A stretch of DNA of 60,631 bases, counting the filler, from Hausera hauseri (lineage: Eukaryota): NCBI GenBank assembly GCA_046269625.1. It is 11 parts of 11 records of this genome, joined end to end, with 100 filler letters (N's around TTAATTAATTAA, not from the genome) between each part and the next. Parts side by side here need not be neighbours in the genome. Positions count along the whole stretch, not along the records: positions 51,006 to 56,131 come from JBJURY010327161.1; positions 56,232 to 60,631 come from JBJURY010600111.1; 9 more parts are not named here. One strand, 5' to 3'. Of this stretch, positions 51,200 through 60,631 are shown one piece after another. The notes below the pieces were generated by a model. It had not been told where the DNA came from, did no database searches, and saw only the letters and a list, made by a program, of their open reading frames with translations. Every line of letters starts with the position of its first letter. The first letter of the stretch is position 1. The position numbers and the translations under genes are program-made.

Positions 51200-54100
51200 C
51201 TCTTTGGATGGACATAATCTCTTCCTTATCGTTTTTATTAATATTAACTAGTTGGTGTGGTCCGAATAACCTCGTACGGTCCTCTGCCTGTACGAGTGAA
51301 TTTCAAGGATGTGCCCTTTCTTGCAACCCAATTCCATTGTTCTAGATCATGTGGTTTGGCTATATTATCATACTGCTTCTTAAACTGCTCTTGATAATCT
51401 GGATAATTCTTTGGCTATTTCCCAACACTTGCGTAGTCTCGTCTGTAACACTTCCACAAAATTCCGTTTAAAATCCTGTGTGTTCACTGTATACGGTATC
51501 ATTCATAAATCTGTGGGCAGCGCAGCTTCCCTGTATTACATCATGAAAAACGGGGTGAATCCCGTTGCAGGATGTAGTGTAGTGTTTATGGCGAATTGCG
51601 TGCCTTCTAAAAATTCGTCCTAATCCTTTTGGTCTTTCTCCACTACGGTTGGAATGATTCGTATCACTGTCGCGTTCATTCATTCAACCATTCCGTTACA
51701 TTGAGGGTGTTAAGCTGTCGTGGTTAGTCTTTCGATTTCGAATATTTTGGTAATTTTTTAGAATAATTCACTCGTGACGTTTCTTCCTCGGTCTGTCAGA
51801 ATTTGTTCAGGAGGTCCGTATCTACAGATAATTTTCCTCACTAATGCTTCTACCAGAGTTTTGGCTTTCTGGTCCATTAATGCTATCAGTTCGACGAAAT
51901 GAGTTAGGCGATCTACACACGTTAGAATGTAATTGTTATTTTTTGAGTGGTAGGTAATGGTCCTACAATATCCATGGACATTGCTTGCATTGGTCTATCC
52001 GGTACGTCTATTGGTATAAGTTCGACAATGTAGTTTTTCACTTTACTTTGTTTTGTTGCGCATACTTCACACTCATTTACCCAATTTTTCACGTCTATGT
52101 ATATGCTTGGCCAATAATATTTATTTAGTATTTTCTCTAAGGTTTTCTTTCATGACATGTGTCCGTCTAAGTAGGAGTCGTGTTCGGCCATTAACGCTTC
52201 TGTTCGTAATTATTTTGGTATGACTACTAATTTGCGTCCCTTGCGTTCATAATACAGTATGTTTCCATGATTTCCGCTTCCTGCTACGCAATATTTATGA
52301 CCGTGTCTTTGTAGGCGTTTCCGTAATTGGAGCTCTTTTGGCATTCGGTTATTTTCAACATTTTCGATGATCTGTTGTATGACTTTGTCTTTCTTCTGTT
52401 CGACTGAAATTTTAACTGCTTTATCCAATGTTAGAGTGTGTTGTCTGTCTAGTAGTTCTTCGAGCTGAGTTTTTCTCATTACAGTAATTGCGCTCGTTTT
52501 AGTTTTAAACTTTGATAGTGCATCAGCATCAACATTTTTGCTTCCAGGTTTATGTTTAAATTCAAAGTTATACCATGAGATCTCTTCTATCCATCGTTTG
52601 AGTCTACAAGTGGGGTTATTTGCTCGGTCCTTCAAGGTTGTAACTGCCTTATGATCCGTAGCAATTATAATCTTCTGTCCGTAGACGTATACGTTAAAGT
52701 GTCGTAGAGCTTCTTTTACAGCTAACGTTTCTAATTCCGTGACCGAGTATTTCTTTTCGGCCTTTTTTATTGATCGTCCTCGTACGCGATCGGGTATTCT
52801 AGTTCTTCGTCTTCCCGTTTTTGGGCCAACTCATACCCGATGCCCTCTTTGCTTGCGTCCGTTTTAATTATGAAAGGTAGATTAAAATCAGGATATCTCA
52901 ACACAGGTTCACTAGTCAAGATTTTCTTCATTTCGTCGAAAGCTTTTTGTTCGACATCGGTCCATTTTCATTTAACTCCTTTTTTAAGTAAGCGATACAA
53001 AGACGCATTTATTCTTTAATTGTCAGGAACATAAGTGGCATAATACCCATATAAACCTAACTAATGCCTTAGCTCCTTCTGATTTCGAGGTTCCATGAAA
53101 TCTGATATTTTACTTAACAGCAATTTATCGGGTCTCGATCCCCCTTCTCCGACTATATGTCCGAGATAAGATGCGGCATTTTGAGCCCATTTACATTTCT
53201 TGGGGTTCAATTTCAATACGGCTTGTTCTATCCTCATAAGTGTATCCTCAATATCCTTCAAATGTTCTTCTTCTGTCCTTGACGCGATCATTACGTTGTC
53301 TAGATACGCGAATACATGTTCCAATCCCATTAACATCCTGTTCATCATTCGAGTAAAAATGGCTGGTCCGGTAGTTATCCCGAATGGCATGACATTAAAT
53401 TCTTATACACTGTTGTGTGTCTTAAATGCAGTTTTATAACGATTTTCTTCCTTTATTTCTACCTGCCAATATCCGGATTGCAGATCAAGTGTGGTGAACC
53501 ATCTAGCTCCGGAGAGTCTGTCTAAGGCTTCTTTTACGGAAGGTAGCGGAAAAGAGTCTTTCATCATAAGTGTATTTAACTCTCGATAATCGATACAGAA
53601 TCAATGTTTCGTGGTATCTTTCTTCTTATCCATAAGTATGGGTGAGTACCAGGATCTATAGCTTGGTCTAATTATGTCAGCCTTTAACATTCGTTCTACT
53701 TCCTTCGTTATTTCCGGTCTTAATGAGTGGGGCAGATGATACCATTTCGGCATTTTCTGGTCTTCTAAATCTATTTCATCACTGGAGCCAAGCTTTTTCT
53801 TAAGTGGAATCGTTAGTCTTAAGGTTTTAGCTCTGCCAATATCTTCTTCATCTCTGGAAATAACCAAGTTATAATGGCAAGGTAATTCGTAAAATCAACA
53901 ATATGCTTCGGGTGAGAATTTAGTTTCGACGTGAGGTGGAAATTCCGCACATTTGTAAGGTTCGATAGTTATTGACGATACTCTATACGTATGATCCAAG
54001 GTGGTATTGGCGTACAGTTTGAATGGAGTTAGTACATTATTAACTATTCTAATGGGCACACGGACTGTCGATACTCTGGTTAAAACGTTACTGAGTATAA

Positions 54101-54610
54101 TGTTCGGATTTAATGATTCTTTTGGTTCAAAGTATACTGGTTAGTCGTCGTTTTGATGGGTCTGAGCGTATACTAGCACCTCTGTGCTAGGTGGAATGTT
54201 CTCATCTACTGGAATCCAAACTTCTCCGAACTTTCCAACTGTGGTGGTTTTAACTCCTCTTATCGGACCAAGTTTTATTAACTTTCCTGCATGGAAGTCT
54301 ATTGTCATATTAGGTCATTGTTTCAACAAATAGCATCGTAAGACTACATCGTCTGTTAACTGTTCCATTACTGAAAATTTGTGATGAAATTATTATCCCA
54401 TCATGTGAATTTCTGGCGTCCATCGGAATTTGCTTTCCGATGACTGTCCAAAAGCTCCGACACTCTCCGAGTCCGTTGATGAGGGTGGATACAGTTGTCC
54501 TCGCGGGAGCTGCGGTATTGAATCATATTTTATTAGAAATATTTCAAATCCTGTGTCTATTAACGAGTAGACTTCCCAATCTTCCAACTGAATTTTTGCG
54601 AAGGGTCTAC
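51200..54610 (-). pseudogene. pol: Gypsy pol PR-RT-RH-IN
   Basis: SLIDTG; WYSPILM; MPFGITTGPAIF..YLDN; TDASK; KPGSKNVDADALS; IN core. Confidence 0.95.
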
Positions 54611-55269
54611 CTTCGATTACCAAGCCGTAGTAATTTGGCGCTAATTTTTGATGTTGAACCGTTGATACCTTATAGCCGTTAATTTTAACTTCAGTGGTGG
54701 CAACTGGCTGGTTGATCAATTGTTTTAACTCTCCAAATGGGTACAATTCATTATTCGTACCATTTACGTTTTCCGTTTCCCAACTTCTAACCCATATTTG
54801 TATATTCTGGTTTCCGAAATTCTGCGTTTCCTGGTCTCTTGAAAATGGTCGATCGTATTTCATTCGATCTGAGTATTCTAGATGAATAAATTATGCCGTG
54901 ATCGTCGACGGCCGAGCGACGATATGGGGCAGACGTTCTTTTCGTTTCGTGGACCTTACGTAATATACCGTAGTGCTTTGTTCCATCGTAAGGATCTTCA
55001 AGGCTAAACGGTTTTCTGTAGATATCTGTTTGATATGAGCTCATAGATTGTTTCTCACAATCTTCATATATAACTGCAGTTGGCGGTAATATTGGTAATG
55101 GTGGTTTTACGATGGAATAGTTTTTGTGTATATTTATCTTGGAGACGGCGTCTCCTCTCTTAGGCTCGTCATCATCTGAGCTGTCTCTTCGTGTCTCCTT
55201 TTACGTTTTCAATTGTGATAGCCAACGTTTTGTTCCACATCTGCTTTCCATTTACTTTTCTCATAAGGT

Positions 55270-56015
55270 CTTAAGAGTTTGCCGAAGGGTGTGATAATAG
55301 CCGTTAGGATTTAGCACGAGAATCTTGTCAAGGTAAATATCTAATATCCATTTATAATCGCTTGAATAATTGCTTGAACCAGTTGAATTAAGAAATAAAT
55401 GGCCAGAAATCCTGATTCGGCTTGTCCGAATATCAGAATCCTTCCCCAAATTTTATACCGTATCTCTGTTGTTACTCTTTGATAGTAGTTAACACCAAGT
55501 AATGATTCCTATTTTGCTTGATAAAACTTGTCCTCTAGTATTGTATGCACCGCTCTGTTTAATTCATGTGTGCGTTGGTGTGGAAAATCAAGAAATTGTC
55601 TAAATACTTTTACTTCTTTCGGTCACTAAATACCCTTTGCTGCAGTATCTTGAAACTTATCATCAGTTATTCCTTTTATTAAATTTGTTCCCGTTAACTT
55701 GGTGGGCGGAGTAATTATACCACCATTTGGAAAAATTTATCCAATCGGTTTCGTTTCGTCTAAACATCGGTTCTCCTAAACTGGTCTTGCGGTCCTTTAG
55801 AATTGTAGGTTAAGTGGAGTTTGCCAGTAATACTCTAGTAACTGGCGTTACTAATCTCGGTGTGTCCTGATATATTACTGGAAGTTCTTGTATGCATCTC
55901 TTCTCCTCTACATTAATGGGTACATCTATTTTCTCGCATTCATAAGTCAGTAGGACTTTTCCGGTCACTCGACCAAAAATGCCTTCTTTCATTGGAATTA
56001 TTGGTGATGTTGAGG
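55270..56015 (-). pseudogene. env: C-terminal half of the chuvirus-like glycoprotein
   Basis: GIFGRVTGKVLLTYECEKIDV..RCIQELPVIYQDTPRLVTPVTRVLL; AAKGI..FRQFLDFP; KIWGRILIFGQAESGFLAIYFLIQLVQAIIQAIING. Confidence 0.85.
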
Positions 56016-56413
56016 TCACGTAACAAATCGGATTGATTTTGCATAGATTATGACTTTTATGCTGAATGACTATAGGCATTGACTATGACACTATCATGTT
56101 TACCGACTTTTCTGAATGTTTACTGACTTTTNNNNNNNNNNNNNNNNNNNNNNNNNNNNNNNNNNNNNNNNNNNNTTAATTAATTAANNNNNNNNNNNNN
56201 NNNNNNNNNNNNNNNNNNNNNNNNNNNNNNNTCTGGTAAAAACTTTCTTTAATGCCTTAATCTATGGATAGACAGTAGTGACATTGGACAAATAATATAA
56301 TGTGCTAACACTTTGAAAAATCCCACGTTTCGCCATTGATCAGCTATGTACTTTTCCATTGATTACAACATTGTTTTTTTCTCAATTATTTTCTTATTGA
56401 AGTAGTTATTCTT

Positions 56414-56465
56414 GAACGAACGAACGAATGAACGAACGAATGAAAGAACGAACGAACGAATGAAC
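56414..56465. repeat. (GAAC/GAAT)n microsatellite
   Basis: About 13 tetranucleotide units. Confidence 0.9.
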
Positions 56466-57039
56466 ATAAATACATGTGCACATATACACACGTTGTTTGC
56501 CGTAAATAGAAAATCCGGGTTATAACCAGGATGAAGAGTCGGACATAAAACTTGTGACTGGCACTCCTTTATTTCTGATGCTACCGACCCCGACTGCGGG
56601 AAAAACTTGCTCCAACTACTCGACTTCGACACTGGAGCCTTGTTTATAAGTACTGCAAAATAACAAGAATCTGATGTGTACTTCATGAGGTAATGCTGAC
56701 TAACAACAGTGATTCAGTAAGTCAAATGTTAATATAAAAAGACCACATATTCATATTTTACTAATTAGTTGTGATAAATAAAACGCCAGAGAGAAATCAC
56801 TGTCGCTTATGACGAAATTGTCAATCAGGACTGGAAGTGAAATCGTTATGTGGCATTTTCAGAGTTTGCGCTGATAAAGGCGAAGTTCTGTGATAAACTT
56901 CTCTTGGTGTCATGGTTTCAACAGATCGTCATCATTACACGCGGTTAAATCCCTAGTGCTCCGACCTCCTCCTCAGTAGCTCCCGAAGCACATGACCAAC
57001 AGTTCCAGTTCTGTGTTGATTAACCAAACATCTGGTACC

Positions 57040-57310
57040 TCCAGTGTGGCGCTCATATCTGGCCGCTCCTCGCCTTACCCCAAGTCCGTGCACTATAGAG
57101 AGGGACACCGATTCTGACTCTTAAGCAAAATCCTCCTTCCGGCCGATCTCGCGGACGGCATTCAAAATGTCAACTCGATCCATGGCTCTGCCACTCTTGG
57201 CAGTAGCAAAACTCGCCAGTTTGTCTGCTCGTTCGTCCCCTCTGAATCCATCATACCCGGGAGCGAAAATGATTCTTTGCAGCACTGTCTCTCTAACAGA
57301 CTCCACCCAC
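57040..57310 (-). mobile_element. Non-LTR retrotransposon RNase H fragment
   Basis: IFAPGYDGFRGDERADKLA resembles the RNase H C-terminal motif W.PGH.G..GNE.AD.LA. Confidence 0.65.
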
Positions 57311-57502
57311 GGTTCTGTTTCAATTTTTCACAATGTATTTGCTAAATTTGGTAATTTGGTGAAGTAAATATTTGGACACAATGACATCCAAGGGAAATAA
57401 CTGCTGGGTGACAGCACAATACTATTCCGATGAAGAAACAGTAGTCAGTGTTCATTGGAAACCTGGTGTCTCTTACTTTACGATTTGTTCTTGTGAGCGA
57501 TA

Positions 57503-58435
57503 TTAGAGCAACGGGAGCAACAAGCACTCAAACACACAAGCAAACGACCAGCCGTCTGTGTAAAGTCTTGCATATTTTCCCCCAATGCTGAGTTCAGGTT
57601 CAATGAAAGTTGCTAAGCACATAACAACACTAGGAATGTAGCACACAATTAAAATAGTTGCTATTACAACAACTATTGTTACTGTCTTCCTGTCGCGGCT
57701 GGACATTGTTTCTAATTGTTTCTTGTTGAGGCTAGCTGTCTTCCGCCAGTCATTTTTCTGGCTTAATTTTTTAGTTAGAATTATTGTGAACATTACAACA
57801 GTAAGGAAAGATAATGAAGCTGAGACGGCATGCATTACAACTGTTGCTCCTTCGACTGTCACACTATTGCTTGTGAAACCCAATCCAAGAAGTGTTTTAT
57901 TTTTGTCTGGATGGAACCTCAGTTCAATATACGTGGTACAATAAATGGGCACGAAGGACAAAAATGTTAAGCTGTAAATACCGATCATACATGTTGCAGT
58001 CCTTCTTGGGGTGATCATTTGTTTGACTTGTAGGGGGTACGCTATACAAAAGAATCTTTCCGCTGTGACGTAAGCAGTGATAACACAAGTTATTCTGGAG
58101 AAACATTCACGCGGAACTCCAGCAACGATGAACTGGATCCCGGAAGAAACTGGAGGCACACCTAATCTCTCAAACCACGGACTGACAAACACGTTGTAAG
58201 ATAGCTGCATTAGCAAGCTGCAGAAATCAGAGATGGCCATGGCAAAGAAGCTGATGTTGATTGTTGTATTTAAGCCTTGCCTATGATATACCATAAGATT
58301 GATGATATTTGCAAACAGACCAAACACACTTATAGCACCACAAATAACCACATAATTTACTATTTGGATTATTTCGATACTTTCTATAATTTCTGTGTTT
58401 TGTGAATGACCTCGCTTATCACTTTCTGCGACCAT
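57503..58435 (-). pseudogene. Intronless rhodopsin-like (class A) GPCR of the gastropod chemosensory-receptor type, truncated in TM7
   Basis: FGLFANIINLMVY, NISFFAMAISD, YVTAERFFCIAYPLQVKQMITPRRT, LIVCYIP. Ends WSFACVFECLLLPLL* with no NSSVN/NPxxY. Confidence 0.88.
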
Positions 58436-59689
58436 ATTGTAAATTCATGTGTTTAATATATTTTTACAAGTATAGATTTGTCGCCGTTAAAAAAGATTCC
58501 GACTGAAGCACCGAAACCATTGTTATTGTTTTCATTTGAACTTATTTCAATCTGCATTCTATTTTGTTTATTTGGAATGCATATATACTTGCAAACAGAA
58601 AGGGAAACATTGCTTTTATAATTATTGTCTTTGTACATTTATTTTGATTTGTTTTATCCGCCGTGTTGAAATTATAAAAATTATAACCTTTTTTTTTTTT
58701 TTTAAATTACATGAATGGGCTAGTTGTTAGACGTGTACCCACCAAGTGTGTGATCTGCGGCTGTGCTTTTTCATGCTTTTGTGCGCGTTCTCCTTAATTA
58801 TAATGTATTGATGAAGTATTTGCACTGAAAACATGTAGCCTAAATTGCTACATTCGTGCCGTAAACTAGTGATATTTTCAATAATTATACTCTAAGAATG
58901 AAGAATAAAGTCGTGACATCTGCTATTCAGCGACAGGTTTCAGGTCAAATCAATATATTAAATTGTTTCGTTGTAATCTTTTACATTTTAATATTAAGGA
59001 TTCGTGATGTTTACATTACTCCTGTTGATACGGTTAGTTATAAATTGTATAATTCACATTTAGTGCTGATTTTTGCCGTGAGACAGCAATAAATATAATA
59101 ATTTAGCATTCTTGAACTCCATCATGACGATCAAGTGCGTGCTTTCTGATTTTATTCCATGATGTTCTCGACAGAGAGGTTTGCCAAAGAAGTCGATAGA
59201 AAAGCTAGTCATCTGAGTAGGTAGAGGGTGATACATTCATAGAAGACGGGATCAAGAGTGCAGAGTCGGACAAAATTTCGGAACCGACTCCAGCTCTAGA
59301 TGGTATACCAAAGAAAACTTAGCAACAAACAGTAGTAAGACTAGTATGCGGTTCTTGCATGCTGTCTGTCTACATGAAAATGTTCTTTTTTTTTCAGGAT
59401 ATTTATTTTTCTATTTTCCATTATCTACTAGTTCGACACGTCTCAATAATTAATCTACTTCACCAACTATTTCTTGCTCCGGGAACAAAGGGCCATCATT
59501 GATGTACTTCTGACCATCCAATGCGTCCATTCTGTTCCCGTGATGTATTCACTACGTTAATCTCTGCGTTAATACGTTAACCATTGTTGGAATTGTGACC
59601 CTCATCTGCTCCAATGGATCCATTGTAAAGCATATCTGTCAATGTAAGTTTTCACTCCGCTTAGTGTGTGTCCTACAGAACACAGGCAA

Positions 59690-59966
59690 TAGAAATAAAA
59701 GTGATGCAAACCCACTTATGCCATAAAGACGTAAAAGAAAACGTGGAGTTAGTGACCACATTTTAGTTGATGAGCGGCACATAATTGGGTATGTGGTCAG
59801 CATAAAGTCTTTATTTTGCCAGAGAATTTCTCCAGTACCCATTTTTTCGGCTAGACTGACCTCGGAGACGTTTTGATCAGAGTAATTCAACCCACCAAAG
59901 CTGGGATTGAACCACCGACTACTCGACCGAAAGCGAGAGCACTGACTACTACGCTATCCCGTTCCC
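59690..59966 (-). mobile_element. tRNA-derived SINE
   Basis: A box TAGCGTAGTAG (59956-59946) and B box GGTTCAATCCC (59913-59903), then a ~200-nt body. The 3' end is approximate. Confidence 0.6.
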
Positions 59967-60039
59967 ACAAGAGATAGCGCATAAGTCTGCATGCATTATT
60001 ATTATTTGTTAAAATGTAATTTATATTTGGTATCATCAT

Positions 60040-60100
60040 GGAGTGACAGCGTAGTGGACAGTGTGTTAGATTTCGATCGTATGGTCGGGGGTTCCCTCAT
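60040..60100 (+). mobile_element. Degenerate tRNA-like SINE head
   Basis: CAGCGTAGTGG (A-box-like) and GGTTC (B-box-like) at tRNA spacing. Confidence 0.35.
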
Positions 60101-60631
60101 ACGTCATAAAGGCGTGAATGGGATCCCTTCTCTGCTATTACTTTAAAACTTTAAAAATAATAATACTGCTTTTACTCTCATTTATAAAGTTTAGGAAAGG
60201 TCTGATAAACTAACGTAATAAAAGCCAGTGGAAATTTGTTTGAATTTAGTTTTCAGTACCGCTGTTGATTAGACCATGAAAACTCATAATATATGACCAA
60301 TTTGCCGTGCAGTTTTTATTATGTATGCATTGAATCGGCATCTGTTATCCATAATGTTTGAAGCGAATGCTCATGACGACCAAACAGCCTCAGTTTATAA
60401 GATGTGACACGGATGTTCATTTGCTGGTGGGAAAGTACACAGAGGAGACGTGTATGTATGTAACAGAACACCAGACTATGGGAACTTGTGGAGGTAGTAT
60501 TAGTTTAATTGACTTACCTAGAGAACGCTTGCCTTTCTTATCTTCCAGAACAACTTAACGAGAGACAGACACACACATACACACTTTAAAAATAAAACAA
60601 AGTCAATCACCATTAATTGGAAAGACTGAAA

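Larger units (their letters stand above)
51006..56015 (-). mobile_element. Large Gypsy element, copy J (G C-half, linker, full pol, signal peptide)
   Basis: Same order as copy I but with RT and RNase H retained. Confidence 0.93.

Noticed and set aside
56016-56131. N-terminal extension of G in ORF 55810-56079
   Set aside because: Similarity to copy I stops at SPIIP; the upstream sequence is unrelated (insertion or rearrangement).
59900-59966. Functional tRNA gene
   Set aside because: A and B boxes are present but there is no convincing cloverleaf, and it continues into a SINE-like body.

Overview
This is not one locus. Ten identical 100-nt linkers (N44-TTAATTAATTAA-N44) join 11 unrelated contigs (A 1-5379, B 5480-10180, C 10281-15304, D 15405-21535, E 21636-26790, F 26891-31576, G 31677-39044, H 39145-43894, I 43995-50905, J 51006-56131, K 56232-60631) of AT-rich invertebrate DNA, mostly decayed mobile elements. 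Contigs A, D, I and J, plus the more distant C, are pieces of one large Ty3/Gypsy family. Tiled together they give an element of at least ~14 kb: LTR-PBS-leader, Gag, a ~1.8 kb unknown region, a chuvirus-G/herpes-gB-like class III fusion glycoprotein placed BETWEEN gag and the protease, PR-RT-RH-IN, then an in-frame internal signal peptide, ectodomain, FN3-like domain and TM. This is followed by a conserved UGA-C stop with an in-frame accessory ORF that ends in a C3HC4 RING (D) or a REX4/ISG20-like pseudo-exonuclease (C), then PPT-LTR. The rest of the window holds a related Gypsy with no glycoprotein between gag and pol (F), a CsRn1-clade Gypsy beside a HEATR5-like exon (E), a decayed Polinton/adintovirus (H), a 48-bp satellite (G), two convergent TRAF/MATH genes and a mariner 5' end (B), and a truncated gastropod-type chemosensory GPCR with SINE/LINE debris (K). 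All homology calls come from motif recognition in manual translations, not database searches.
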